DNA of 64,000 nucleotides, from NCBI RefSeq assembly GCF_001194135.2, contig NC_068981.1, positions 58,841,432 through 58,905,431 on the forward strand, given 5' to 3'. Each line of letters begins with the position of its first letter. The stretch's first letter is position 1. Position numbers and translations under genes: made by a program. The notes beneath the pieces are model-generated. The model saw only the letters and a program-made list of their open reading frames with translations, searched no databases and was not told the DNA's origin. Of this stretch, positions 12,716 to 26,089 are shown one piece after another. This DNA comes from Octopus bimaculoides. Its lineage: Eukaryota.

Positions 12716-14014
12716 ATATAATTACTATATAAAAGTATATCACACAAGTAATCTAAAGTTTGCAGCTCAAAATACGATGGCTTTTGATAACATGTAAAGC
12801 TGATAGTTTCGTATGCAATCTATTTAGTGGTTCAGTTTCTTGACATCAACATATTTCACTACATCAGCATGAGAGCTTTGTTAAAAAAAACAAACAAAAC
12901 ACAAAAAAGAAAAGAAAAAAGTTTTACTTTCTTCAGGTTCTCTTTCTCTAATAACGTTAACCAAAAGAACTGATTTAATTATTAACTTCACACTTTTCGA
13001 CTCCAGTTTATGATCAGAGGTCTTTCTTTGGACCGTTTTATTATGAAATACACGTTATATATGTCAAAAGAATAAACATTCCGTTTATAAATCTTTGATG
13101 TTTTAGTAGCTGTTGCTTCTCTCACTGGGAAAACACCATGACGGATCACTTATTTATTGAATTTTATTTTCCTTAATTGCCTTCTGTCAGACATAATGTT
13201 TTTAGCTGATGTATTTCAATTCTAAAACAATTTTTCTGTACAGAGTTGAAGTTCGTTTGTAAGTAATGATTACAACGATTCGATGGAAATTAACTGTCAA
13301 GTAACAAATGAGACTTCCTACTTGTCCTGGAGTATAAGCGACTGTAACAGCCACAGTATATTACTGGTAGTTAATTTATCGAGCTTCATAAAGACGAACA
13401 ACAAAGTTGCTGCCGGTTTTAAATGAATTTAGAATCAATTCTTTTTCTTCGAAGTAGGTGATGCAAAACATATAAGCCATAGTTCTACTGTCAGCCATTT
13501 TCTACTCATGCGTGCAACAAATACTGATTAATAAATAGGTACAGTATAAATTTCAAATAGTTGAGCAGATAAGATATTACCTGATATGATTTGAAACTGA
13601 AACTTTGCAGCCTATAAACTAACAAGGTTACTGATTCGACCAACTACGTGACGTTTTATGGGTCTAATTTTATTTTAATCTCAAGAAAAAAGAGATAACA
13701 TTTTGAAGACTTAAAATAATGAAATTAAAAATTATGATGTTGAAGCCAATGAAACCAATCTTATTCAATTTAAATGGCAAAGAAATGCTAGTAGTTATTT
13801 GTTTGATTCTTACATTGCAGTCCTTTATTCGAGTTGATGTCAGAAGTCTTATAATAGAATACAATATAGTTTCTTCGAAATTCTTTAGCATACTTTGAAA
13901 TCATAACACCACTAAAATTCTTAGCTTAATTCAGAGGAGAAATATATTTCACTAAAATTTTCTTGTTTCTATATTTCTCAGCATTATTTATTAAACTTGG
14001 TATAAAAAATGCCA

Positions 14015-14051
14015 CAGAGAGAGGGAGAGAGCGAGGGAGAGAGAGAGAGAA

Positions 14052-14102
<51 letters not shown>

Positions 14103-14831
14103 AAGAGAACATCCTTAGTTTATTTAAATCATCTCCGCTTTCAGAACGGGTAGACCAATCGCTTGTTGGTAATTGGTACCAACTCCAACGCGAAGGGGAG
14201 ATAATCTTAAGAATTAGCAATTCTCCAGAATTGACATGCCATTAAGGAAAAGACCTGATTATCTGGAGATAAGAGTACAGTTGTGGACACGTTTCAGTCG
14301 ATGTCTTCCGCTCAGNNNNNNNNNNNNNNNNNNNNNNNNNNNNNNNNNNNNNNNNNNNNNNNNNNNNNNNNNNNNNNNNNNNNNNNNNNNNNNNNNNNNN
14401 NNNNNNNNNNNNNNNNNNNNNNNNNNNNNNNNNNNNNNNNNNNNNNNNNNNNNNNNNNNNNNNNNNNNNNNNNNNNNNNNNNNNNNNNNNNNNNNNNNNN
14501 NNNNNNNNNNNNNNNNNNNNNNNNNNNNNNNNNNNNNNNNNNNNNNNNNNNNNNNNNNNNNNNNNNNNNNNNNNNNNNNNNNNNNNNNNNNNNNNNNNNN
14601 NNNNNNNNNNNNNNNNNNNNNNNNNNNNNNNNNNNNNNNNNNNNNNNNNNNNNNNNNNNNNNNNNNNNNNNNNNNNNNNNNNNNNNNNNNNNNNNNNNNN
14701 AGAGAGAGAGTGTGAGAGGCAGAAAAAGTAAGAGAGGGGGAGATAGAAGGAGAGAGAGAAAGAGAGAGGGAGGGAGAGAGAGTAAGTGCTGCTAATTGGA
14801 AGACGTCTTGATTTATTGAATAATTTCTGCT

Positions 14832-14884
<53 letters not shown>

Positions 14885-15096
14885 AACGAGGAGAGATATA
14901 TAGAAAGAGAGAGGGAGAAACAGGGAGAGAGAGAAGAGAGGGAGAGGGAGAGAGGGAGAGAGAAAGAGAGGGGGAGATAGAGAAAGACAGAGGGAGAGAG
15001 GGAAAAAGAGAGAGAAGGAGAGAGAAAGAGAAGGGTGATAGAAGGAGAGAGAGAAGGAGAGAGAGAAGGAGAGAGAGAAGGAGAGAGAGAGAGAGA

Positions 15097-15130
<34 letters not shown>
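14015..15130. repeat. (GA)n / GA-rich microsatellite blocks flanking an assembly gap (14316-14700)
   Basis: GA runs at about 14015-14108, 14701-14780 and 14831-15130. Confidence 0.9.
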
Positions 15131-15135
<5 letters not shown>

Positions 15136-16132
15136 TGCTGCTCATTGGAAGACGTGTTTCTTATCTAACACATAATCTAACACATAGTCACTCGACTTGC
15201 TCAACATAGCAGCCAAATCTTTCCCAAATCACTCTCTACCGACTCAAATAAAAGTTATAATATTGATCAAATAGAATTCCTGATATACAAAATGGCGGGA
15301 CTGCCACGATTGGAATGCCTTTCATTATGGTTTTCTCAAACAGGCTGCTCTGTGACGACTACACAACAACGTTCAAGTTTACTTCGAACCTGTGAAGGAA
15401 GGCTCTAAGCGATCGCTCAGCTTGGTAGAAATAGCAGTGAATATTTCTCCAGTTCACATTCTTCTGTCTTAAATTAGGAAAGGACAAATTGGAAAATGTA
15501 GTCCCATACTGTATAATACAGTAGTCGATACACATACATAAATCTATGTATGATTGTATGCATGTATACGCACATCACATAAACACACACACATATATAT
15601 AAGTATATGAGTGTAATACATACGTACACATACCTCTACCTCCATACATATATTTTACATAGAATTGAATAAAACTGCCCAAGCGATTATACATATTTCT
15701 CCTTCCCTTCTTCTTTCTGTCTTTCTCCACCATTTTCTCTCTATTTCTTCACCTTCCTGTCTTTCTTCATACATATGTTATTTTCCCCTTCTTTGTTTTT
15801 AGTTTGGTTTTTCTTTCCTTTTCATTTATTCATCTATTCATTCTTTTTTTTTTCGCATTCTGTTTTCTTCTTTCTCTCAACGCATACTTTCATTCACCCT
15901 TTTTTGTGCCTGATCTTTTGTTTGTTTCTTTTCTTCCTTTCTCCATTAATTTTTTCATTTCCTCCTTTCTCTCGAACATATTCTTTTCCAGACACTATGC
16001 CTTTATTATTTTCTTTTGACAGCCATTCCATACTCTCATTTTATGTCATACATAAATTTACAATCACGCCCATGCATGAATTTAAGCCTTAATATATCGA
16101 ATACACTTTCACATTATAAAATTTGACTCTTG

Positions 16133-16181
<49 letters not shown>

Positions 16182-16534
16182 ATGTAAATACACATGCTTT
16201 CGTAACTGCATACACGCAACGAATTGCGCACTCACCTATGTATGAGATCATTCATATCTTACGTATGCTCATACTACTTCACAGTCAACTCTCTCATTTT
16301 GCCTACACTTTACTTATCAAACTACTTACAATTAAGTTTGATTTAACATATTTAATGTAGTGAACCCAAACAATTTTTTAATTAAGATTAAAACCCGTAA
16401 ATCATTAGTGGTAATAATTACTTCTTGTTAAAAATAGTAAGGGAGAAAACTTCGAAATCCAAATGAATTAAAAATTGAATGAGGACATGTAGCAGTAAGA
16501 TCTCTAGACATATTTCAGTGTCATAGAAGTATAA

Positions 16535-17050
16535 TATTGGATTGTCAGACAAATTCGTTCGTTTTTTAACCATTTTAATCCTTATTTTTATCAACGCCTT
16601 TAACGAATCAGTCAACAATATATTCTCTTATACGACTTCTTGCCAACGTCCTACTTATTTGTCAATGTATTGGCGGTAGAAATCACCGGGTCTTGATCAG
16701 AGGAATTCATTAGGCCAAGTTTTCAGCTCCACGTTGTTGTTGAACGAAACGCCTCGCAGACTGTTGAAGAGCGACCATAAAAGAGGATAATCTTAAGGTG
16801 CTATATCAATAGAATATGGTAGGTGCGGTAGAACTTCCCAGCCGAGCTCTTTGTAAAACTTTTGGTAAATTTAGCAACAAGGGACTAGCGTTGTCGTGTT
16901 GAAGAAGCATACTGCATCGCCGGTTGGGTCGTTTCATCTGGATTGCCTGTCGAGTATAGGTGATGGCCCCTATGCTGGGTTAATCCCCTGGTGGACTGAT
17001 ACGGATACTCGTGGATGAACTCATTTAATCGATCCTCATTGAACTGAACA
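16535..17050 (-). mobile_element. Internally deleted mariner element
   Basis: PVQFNEDRLNEFIHEYPYQSTRGL (HTH) joined directly to RLRQAIQMKRP..QHDNASP..LGWEVLPHLPYSIDIAP..VGRWQEVV; TIR-like TATTGGATTGTCAGACAAATTCGTTCG at 16535. Confidence 0.85.
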
Positions 17051-17299
17051 GGTTAAATGTTAGTGCTTTGTTTGTTCGCTGGTAGACTGCAAATTAGCAC
17101 AGTAGAGATGACTCCTTCAAAGTACTGGGTGCTAAAACACCTCAAAGTCAGAGACAGGAGAAACAACTTATCCCAGATCCCATTTAAAAGCGATGGACAT
17201 CGATGCTTCATAATTTTTATGACTTGGGACCTACAAGCAAATGGTTTTTGGCACTTTTTGCATATAGCCATGGACTCACGATTCAGTTCGCCTCCAATT

Positions 17300-17440
17300 C
17301 GCTTCAGGCACATAATGTTGATAAACCACAAATATGGCAAAACTTCTATGTCCATCGCTCCTGAATGAGATTTTGAGCGAGTTGTTTCACCTGTCTATGA
17401 CTTTCAGATGTTTTAACACTCGGCGCTTTGATGGAGACAT
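17300..17440 (+). mobile_element. Probable hAT transposase C-terminal dimerisation domain remnant
   Basis: MAKLLCPSLL N(A)DFERVVS with a 1-bp slip resembles LAKLLL.LPHSNADxERVFS. Confidence 0.4.
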
Positions 17441-17459
17441 CTTTACCGCACCAAATTGA

Positions 17460-17625
17460 CTGAGTGGATGTGTGGCAAAGAAGCTTGCTTCTCAGCTACA
17501 TGGTTCCGGGTTCAGTCCCACTGCATGGCATCTTCAGCAAGTGTCTTCTATTATAATCTCGGGCCGACCAAAGCCTTGTGAGTGGATTTGGTAGACGGAA
17601 ACTGTAAGAAGACTGTCGTATATAT
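17460..17625 (+). mobile_element. SINE family B, 5' half (truncated by gap)
   Basis: GGTTCCGGGTTCAGTCCCACTGC box B, CAAGTGTCTTCTA, GGGCCGACCAAAGCCTTGTGAGTGGATTTGGTAGACGGAAACTG. Confidence 0.9.
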
Positions 17626-18699
17626 NNNNNNNNNNNNNNNNNNNNNNNNNNNNNNNNNNNNNNNNNNNNNNNNNNNNNNNNNNNNNNNNNNNNNNNNNNN
17701 NNNNNNNNNNNNNNNNNNNNNNNNNNNNNNNNNNNNNNNNNNNNNNNNNNNNNNNNNNNNNNNNNNNNNNNNNNNNNNNNNNNNNNNNNNNNNNNNNNNN
17801 NNNNNNNNNNNNNNNNNNNNNNNNNNNNNNNNNNNNNNNNNNNNNNNNNNNNNNNNNNNNNNNNNNNNNNNNNNNNNNNNNNNNNNNNNNNNNNNNNNNN
17901 NNNNNNNNNNNNNNNNNNNNNNNNNNNNNNNNNNNNNNNNNNNNNNNNNNNNNNNNNNNNNNNNNNNNNNNNNNNNNNNNNNNNNNNNNNNNNNNNNNNN
18001 NNNNNNNNNNNNNNNNNNNNNNNNNNNNNNNNNNNNNNNNNNNNNNNNNNNNNNNNNNNNNNNNNNNNNNNNNNNNNNNNNNNNNNNNNNNNNNNNNNNN
18101 NNNNNNNNNNNNNNNNNNNNNNNNNNNNNNNNNNNNNNNNNNNNNNNNNNNNNNNNNNNNNNNNNNNNNNNNNNNNNNNNNNNNNNNNNNNNNNNNNNNN
18201 NNNNNNNNNNNNNNNNNNNNNNNNNNNNNNNNNNNNNNNNNNNNNNNNNNNATATACGCCCGCACACACACACACACTCACACTCACCTAACATATACTC
18301 ACATACACACATACATACATACATACATACATACATACATACATACTTGCTAACATTTTCTCATGTCTCAACTTGCATATACACAGAAGTATATTGAAAC
18401 AGTGTAAACGTAAAATCAGGCTTTCTTCTGGCATTTGTTTATTGGCTTGTTCATCCTCAACATCCGGAAAGTTTTAAAATAGATTTACGCTTAAGTGAAT
18501 TTAACTGTTAAAAATGTATACAGCATAATATAATATGATATAATATAATATATTATAATATAATATAATATATTTTCCACAAAAAAAAACTTTCTTTCAT
18601 GATGGAAATAAAGGAATTTTGGTGGCAGCAGCAAGAGCCTCAATATACAAAAACAGTTAGAAAAACTGACAAGAACAAGAGCAACAGCAGCAAGGAGAC

Positions 18700-18808
18700 G
18701 AAGATGATGATAATGATGATGATGATGAAGAAGAAGAAGAAGAAGAAGAAGAAGAAGAAGAAGAAGAAGAAGAAGAAGAAGAGCAACATCAACAACTGCT
18801 GCTGCTGT

Positions 18809-18863
<55 letters not shown>

Positions 18864-18880
18864 GTCAACGCTGCTGCTGT
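18700..18880. repeat. Compound trinucleotide array (GAT)n-(GAA)n-(GCT)n-(ACT)n
   Basis: Directly visible; GAA run 18727-18780, ACT run about 18810-18863. Confidence 0.95.
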
Positions 18881-19079
18881 TTTATTATATGCGCTCTTTC
18901 TCCGGACCTTTTATGGTCAACTCCACCGAGGCAAAGAATTCCGCCGAGGTCGACTTTGCCTTTCATCCTTTCGGCGTCGACAAATTAAGTACCATAGTAT
19001 TGTTCTAGAAACTGTTTAAGAAAACATAAGAAAATTATGAGTTTGCTTTAAAATTTGAGATTACATAGACAGTATTTTA

Positions 19080-21010
19080 CGTAGGATGAGCACTATTGAA
19101 TTTCTGCCATTTTGAGGTTTTCTGGTATCTGAGCTAGGTAGGAATCAGCCCATGTTGCTATCATTCCTAGGGAACCTATGACAACAGTTATTGTTTTAAT
19201 CTGAGGTTTCATATTTTTCCTGTTTCTGTTTCAAGATCTTTACACTTACAGTTTTTGGTCGGTCTTGACAGATACATTTATGTCGATTAAGACAGTCATA
19301 TCAATGAGGAGGCATGATTTTTGTCTGAAGTCTTTCAATATAATGTCTAACCTATTCGCATCTATCTTTCTGTCAGTTTGAATGGTGAAGTTCCTGAGGA
19401 GTGAGATGTGATCATTTTCAAGTACTGGAGGTGGTTTGTGTTCCCACCAGTTTTTATCATGAGGCAGGTCCAGGGTTTTGCAAATTACCCAGTGAATATA
19501 TTGTACTGCTCTATCATGCTTGTTGAGATACTCTATAGGCACAAGAAGACTGCACATGGAGACAACATGATCAATGGTTTCATTTTGTTGACATACACAA
19601 CATGTTGGGCTACAGCCGTTCTTTAATATGTTGGCCCGGTAGTTCCTTGTAGGTAGGCATTGTTCTTGGGCTGCTATGATAAACCCTTCTGTTTCTGATT
19701 TTAAGCCAGAAGGCACTAACCATTGATAGGTAAGGGCTTTGTCAACATCGGCACTATTAGCTGTCTTTGGGTATTTGCCATTGAGAGGCTATTCTTGCCA
19801 TTTATCAGTAAGAATATCTAAGGCAGCAGTTTTAGCACGGGTGTTCGTACGCTTAGTTTTCTGTGCTTGTTTCTAGTACGTCTAATTTGTTGTATTTGGA
19901 ATTCATTCAGATATTTCTTTGCCTGTTTTGTTATTGAGTATGATGCTTTCTTGTTTTCATGTTTTGAGACAAGTTTTAACATCCAGTCATCAGAGTTTTT
20001 CAGGCAGGTGTCTATGCCAAATGCGGCAATCTTCATTATTAATTCTACATGTAAAAGTCCATGGTCACCCTCTTTTCTTGGCAGGTAAAGTCGTTCTATA
20101 TCTGCCTTAGGGTGGTGCATTCTAAGCCTGTAGATATTCTATCAATCCCAGAGGCCTTTTCATTGTGTTTTTCTTCTGCCCAAATTTTATTCCAAAATTC
20201 CTGTACTTCTTTTGATAGGACAGACTTTACTGTAATTAGTATTTTCCCTATCTTCCTGTAAAAAGTTTTTGGGTTATTTTTAACATGTCGTCTTTGAAGA
20301 ATCTAACGCGCTTTTCATACCTTGCTATGCGGGCAGCTTTAGCAAATACTTTTTGCTTGATAGTTTCTATGGTGGTATCGATGCCAAGTATGGTTTTCAT
20401 ATATTTTTCCTTTAATTTTCGGACTTTTGTTGGTTTGATAGTCTTGTCAAACTTAAGGCTTTTTAAACATTCTATGCCAGACCTAAGTAGCTGAATTTGA
20501 TGATCAATACGCTTTGCCAAGTAGGCTTTTCGTGGGAATGTTGTCGTTTTCTAATCTTTTCACCACATAGAATCTTTGAGATTTTCGCGGATGCATAGCG
20601 CAGGTGGTTGACATCTGTAATATCAACATCATTAGCGGAAATTATATCCTTAAATGCAATGCGGATTTCGCTGATTGCTTTCTAGTTTTGGTTAAAATTC
20701 CGAATTTTTGGGAGAGTGTCGCGCTCATTCACACTGGTTTCTTTAATTTTTAACCATTCAATCACGATTTGATTTTTTAGATCATGTTGGGTCAATTTGT
20801 GTGTGACTTTCTTCATTCATTTGATTTTTCATCTGCCTTATGGTTGGTTCAGAGGGTATTTCACTTTACTTATCAGTTACATTAACTCTTTCAATCACTA
20901 TTACATTTTCATCAGACCTGGGTCGGTCTATAATTATTTCCTCTGTAGTATCTTCTTTAGTTGCAACTTCGTTCCTTTTATCCCTTACTGATTGTTTAAT
21001 TTGGTCACTT
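19080..21010 (-). mobile_element. R4/Dong-like RLE LINE (second subfamily), internally deleted
   Basis: MHHPKADIERLYLPRKEG; GLKSETEGFIIAAQEQCLPTRNY; CCVCQQNETIDHVVSMC; WWEHKPPPVLEND; QTDRKIDANRLDII; N-terminal KRIDHQIQLLR..AKAARIARYEKR. Confidence 0.9.
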
Positions 21011-21013
21011 TCT

Positions 21014-21058
<45 letters not shown>
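21014..21058. repeat. (AAC)15 microsatellite at the LINE junction
   Basis: Directly visible. Confidence 0.95.
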
Positions 21059-21059
<1 letters not shown>

Positions 21060-21159
21060 GAACAGATAAACGATCCGGTATAAAGGCAACTACAAAGGTC
21101 AGTCTCTCTTTCGCTGTGTCACCAAGCTCCATTTCCCAAAAAATGAAGGAGACTGAGGA

Positions 21160-21780
21160 AGAGATCAACAACGTCAGACACCTGGCAGAGCGACATGGAC
21201 AAACTGTCAACCTCAACCCTTCGATCGACACCATCCGAAATACCGCATGCCGCACAATGACGTACCGTACTGTTGGACTGAAGTCAAGAAGAGTAGAAAG
21301 AACCACCGAGGCTAAAACCAAAGAAAAGAAGAAAAGCATCTAAAAGAATATATCTCACGAGAAAGAAGTTTTGGAACAACGGAAGTGAGATTTGAAAAAG
21401 AGGAGGAGACCATTCACTCCCTAAGCTCCTGAAAACCGAGGATCTTTTATTAGTCCCTTACTACTGAGACCATAGACTAGCAAGTTTCTGTATCCAGCAG
21501 GTGTCGCCAGGGGTAGACAGACATTCCTTGGCTAAATACTGCAGTCACGGTAAAACATCGAAGAAAACACAAAAGTCCTCGAAGTCTACCGGATCAGATA
21601 AGAGAACTGATGGGAATGGGAATAGAACTCCTCATCCAGACCAGTGAAAAAAAAAATGTGGATGCTGTCCCAGATCAGATACATCTTTCAGTCAGTATCA
21701 TTTTACGCATTAGAATAGAAGTGTCAGAGCTGCCTTTCGACCACACACATAAGAGTCATCTATCCAACATTGAAGGAGAA
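21160..21780 (+). mobile_element. Tx1/L1-like LINE ORF1 remnant (RRM-like region plus zinc knuckle), copy 1
   Basis: Fragments TTEVRFEKEE, VPYY..RLASFCIQQVSP, ELLIQTSEKK, IRIEVSELPFDHTHKSHLSN (decayed CCHC). Confidence 0.45.
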
Positions 21781-22239
21781 AGAGGACACTCTCTCTTCTC
21801 CCAACACCAAGATATCTACCAACAACAACCATCAAAGCCCAAATAGCAAAAACATCATCACCAACAGCATGACCTGCAATATCAACAAAAACAGCAGAAA
21901 GACTACCACCACCAACAACAGCCACTGCAACACTAATTCCCACTATATAGCAGCAACTGATACCCCTAGTTCCTTCTCTTAAAATACATGAAATCTAGTT
22001 TTTGTATTCCATCATCTTGGGGGTCATTATTGTTGTGAATAACAGCAAGAGTTTCCTCATGACTCCGAAAGAGGAGTTTGAAGCAGCACTGGCTGATGTA
22101 CTTCAGTATGTTTTTTGACTACAGTGGGAATATGGAAGCATGTATCTTGTCAATAAGGCGAAAAGACAAGTAGAGCTACTCTATCACGTACCTATACCTA
22201 CCTAATAACTGGTACAACAGTACATGAGTCTCAAGGTAT

Positions 22240-22540
22240 ATGAGGATTACGGTTAGAGATATTGGTATGGGCATTAATTATTGGTTTGTCGTTACCTTTG
22301 TGCAATAGTAGGAACATGTAATATGTGAGGACATGACCTGCACTGACCTTCAGGTCTTAATAACTCCATGATGGTCTTATGGTTAAACTGGAGTAATATC
22401 CTACTGAGGGAAGATAGAGGAAGCCAGTTAAACTGGTGGGGGAGATAATAAAGCCTAGTTGCTATGTGTTAGGTAGTAAAACTCCACCTCAGGGCCAAAT
22501 GCCTTGAAGAAAAGAAAGAAATATGGAGGGCGGTAGATAG
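22240..22540 (+). mobile_element. Tx1/L1-like LINE ORF1 remnant, copy 2
   Basis: RKPVKLV..IIKPSCYVLGSKLHLRAKCLEEK resembles VxVVVEGRKPxCYxCGxxxHLRAxCP. Confidence 0.5.
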
Positions 22541-23258
22541 CAGCAGAGATAATTACAATGTTATGGCCATTGCTGTCACAGTTTCCATAAAACTACCAGT
22601 TACTGCTCCGAGGATTGCAATGGTGGAAACAGAGACAAAAGAAGAATTATCTTATTCTTAATGTCACTGACACCGGGTACAATTAAGGTAGGGTAACGAG
22701 AAGCCGAATAGTTTCTTCTTCCAGTTCGAAGCTGACCATGAACTACGAGCAGCAGTTCAACTCTATCGTCTTATGATGAAAAGAACGAGTTCAGAATAAA
22801 AGCAACAAAGAGTATTGCAGTCTCTCACATTAAAGAATGCACTTTTCGGCTCGGGAGGCTCTGAAAATTACGATTGTCCGAATTAGCAATGAAAGCCTGA
22901 TAAAGCGATGAATGACGTGAATTAGACCGAGAGGAATACTGTGCTGACTGAGGAAGAGATGGGGTGAATCATACGCCTATCACAATTCTATATTCAGCGA
23001 ATAAAGCAGACACTACTGAACGTAATCATTCTGAAATTGTAAACTTGCATCGTAAATCTGAAGAAATGTAAAATAAATAATGTCTGATATGAAATCCCAG
23101 ATCTAAAGCGTCGAAGTACAAGATTTGTGGAAACCAGCCTTTCTATAAAACAGTGAATCCCCTACGTGGTTGCTTGACCTGTGAGATATAACAGCCTAAT
23201 CATCATTTGATAGCATAATAAAAAGGAGTAAAGACACATTGAATAATGTATTCCTAGG

Positions 23259-23641
23259 TTGTTGGCACTCCGTCGCTTACGACGTCGAGGGTTCCAGTTG
23301 ATCCGATCAACGGAACAGCCTGCTCGTGAAATTAACGTGCAAGTGGCTGAGCACTCCACAGACACGTGTACCCTTAACGTAGTTGTCGGCGATATTCAGC
23401 GTGACACAGTGTGACAAGGCTGACCCTTTGAATTACAGGCACAACAGAAACGGGAAGAAAGAGTGAGAGAAAGTTGTGGTGAAAGAGTACAGCAGGGTTC
23501 ACCACCATCCCCTGCCGGAGCCTCGTGGAGCTTTAGGTGTTTTCGCTCAATAAACACTCACAACGCCCGGTCTGGGAATCGAAACCACGATCCTATGACC
23601 GCGAGTCCGCTGCCCTAACAACTGGGCCATTGCGCCTCCAC
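23259..23641 (-). mobile_element. tRNA-derived SINE family C, full length with 9-bp TSD
   Basis: Minus-strand head GTGGAGGCGCAATGGCCCAG..GGTTTCGATTCCC (box A/B); direct repeat ATTCCTAGG at 23250-23258 and 23642-23650. Confidence 0.93.
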
Positions 23642-24721
23642 ATTCCTAGGTAAACTAGAGACAATGCGATGGTTACAACTAGAGTGTCTTTGATCATAGG
23701 TTTGTTTGATCAGGGTTGACGTAGGATAAACAAAGAATAACAATATATGACGCTAAGCACCAATATGACACTTTGCGACAGTTTTGCAGACTTAATGTAC
23801 ATCACTAACCCTCCAGAATCAATGATAAAACACGTAAACATTGACGTGGAAAAATATAACAACGATAACAATAGTAATAATACCAATAATGATGGTGAAT
23901 ATGTTGTCGATAATGACGATGATGACGATGATGACGATGACGACGACGACGACGATGAATGATGGCGAGTGTAATGGCGTTTGGAATAATAAACGTCACA
24001 AAAGAAAGAGAAAATCGTGAAGAAACTAATTAAATTCGCCCCTTCACTTAGTGCACAAAATTAAACAACAAATCACAGCAACAACTATTATAATTACAAC
24101 CACCATCATCATAATCATAATCAGAATCCCCCTCCTCTTGTTCCTTCCTCCTCCTCTCCTCCTTTTCCTCCTCATCGTCATTACCAACAACAATACAAAT
24201 GAGAAAAGGGCGAACAGATAGCTTTTTTTTTTTTTGAAACCAATAAATAAATCCTAATCGAAAAGTAAGAGCAAAATGTAGGAACAACAATTACAACAAT
24301 AGCAACAACAACGACCAACAACATAAACACGACTTTTGACAGAATTGGAAGAAAAATTCCATTATCTAAAAGGAAAAAAAAGCGAGAAAAAAGAACAAAT
24401 AAAAAAAGCAATAAAAAAGCAAAACAAAACCAGCAACAGACATTGGCTCCCCCCACCCAAACACCCATTATGAACAGAAAATTAAAATAAATGACAGAAC
24501 TATCAAAATTATAAAAAAAGGTTAAACAGTGCAATAAATGATTAAATGCATGAAACCACAACAAATTTGGACAGTACTCAAAATAACGAAATGTTATATA
24601 TATACTTATATGTATACATACATACATGCATACAAACAAACATACATACATACATACATACATACATACATACATACGTACATACATACATATATACGCA
24701 CGCACACACGCACGCACACAT

Positions 24722-25052
24722 AGTAGGTGAAGACATGACTTTGTAGTTAGGAAACTTGCTTTGCAGCCACATGGTTTTCGGTTCAATCTCATTGTGCGGC
24801 ACCTTAGGCTTTATGCATACATACATACATACATACACACGCATACACACACATATATACACACGCATACACACATATGTATGTATATGGATATATTATG
24901 TGTGTGAGTGTATGTATGTATATACGTATACGTATATATATGTCTATGCATGTGTATCTTTGCGTCTGTGTCCCTACCACGACTTGACAACTGATGCTGC
25001 TTTGCTTACTTTCTCATAATTTAGTGATTCGGCAAAAGAGCCTAACAGAATA
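24722..25052 (+). mobile_element. SINE family B, degenerate, with internal TACA/TA/TG microsatellite
   Basis: CCACATGGTTTTCGGTTCAATCTC head; CTTGACAACTGATGCTG..TTCGGCAAAAGAG 3' body. Confidence 0.8.
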
Positions 25053-25142
25053 TAAAAAAAGAGCCTAACTTCAAAAAAAAAAAAAGAAAAAATTTGTATT
25101 GGGGCAGTGTATGTATATATATACATATACATACATACATAC

Positions 25143-25179
<37 letters not shown>

Positions 25180-26089
25180 NNNNNNNNNNNNNNNNNNNNN
25201 NNNNNNNNNNNNNNNNNNNNNNNNNNNNNNNNNNNNNNNNNNNNNNNNNNNNNNNNNNNNNNNNNNNNNNNNNNNNNNNNNNNNNNNNNNNNNNNNNNNN
25301 NNNNNNNNNNNNNNNNNNNNNNNNNATATATATATATATATACGTATATCTCCACAAGGCTTGTAAAAAAAAAAGACAAAAATGTATTGTTTTTACTTGC
25401 AAATACACCAGAATTATTTCCTTCAAATAGTTTCCACTACTTTTGATTCACAACTCTCAAAGTCTTTTCGAGTTTTAGAATGTCTTGGAACGCGTTTTCA
25501 GAGGTGCACAGTTCTCGTGGCGAAATTTCTTCTATCTGTACAAATTATGCATAGCCGAAGGAGACTAAATTGATGAATAGCATCAACAATTACCAGAACT
25601 ATCCAAATATAGTAACAAAATTATTTACTAAACACTTCGATGAGTATCTGCTAATACTTTGGAAATGTAGATCAGTAGTGGATTAAGTGAACTATCACGT
25701 ACTTCTATCACATAGCATTTACTCGGGTTATTTTGTTCTTTTGATTTATATTTTTACCTTACAGGGTGCACCAGAAAAAAAAAGAAACTTCTGCAACTAG
25801 TGGAGTTAAGTAGGTGGTAGTGATGTGTTCGTGTAGCTAATGTTTTGCCATTTTTTTCCAGTCATTATCATGTTTTCGACCGGTACACACCGTGCACTTG
25901 CTATTGAACATAATATTTTCTTGCTAATCTCCAATCTCTGATTTCCTTTCAGTATTTAATCCCTTTCCTTATCTTCCCTAAATGTTATTTCAAAAACCGT
26001 GTCAGTGTCCTTTATTGATTCGAATTCTGGTCTTATATATATACTGTCTACCTTTTCCTTCCTCATTATTCTATTATATATTTTGAACT

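Noticed and set aside
13244-13258. 15-nt AG...GTAAGT micro-exon pattern
   Set aside because: Too short to separate from chance without transcript data.
13670-13891. Hydrophobic ORF resembling a terminal transmembrane helix
   Set aside because: AT-rich sequence gives I/F/L-rich translations; there is no supporting exon or motif.
14236-18397. Long ORFs of 150-270 aa in the supplied track (also 11039, 24974-25446, 38648-39147, 51381-51740)
   Set aside because: They are open only because they run through N gaps.
18491-18988. Poly-V/L/H and poly-M/K/Y ORFs
   Set aside because: Compound trinucleotide array with no coding signal.
22725-22799. Acceptor followed by FEADHELRAAVQLYRLMMKRTSSE*
   Set aside because: No recognisable homology, no donor, and it lies next to decayed LINE sequence.
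23580-23641. tRNA-like heads here and in other SINEs
   Set aside because: They have box A/B only and continue into SINE bodies; there is no complete cloverleaf, so no tRNA gene is called.
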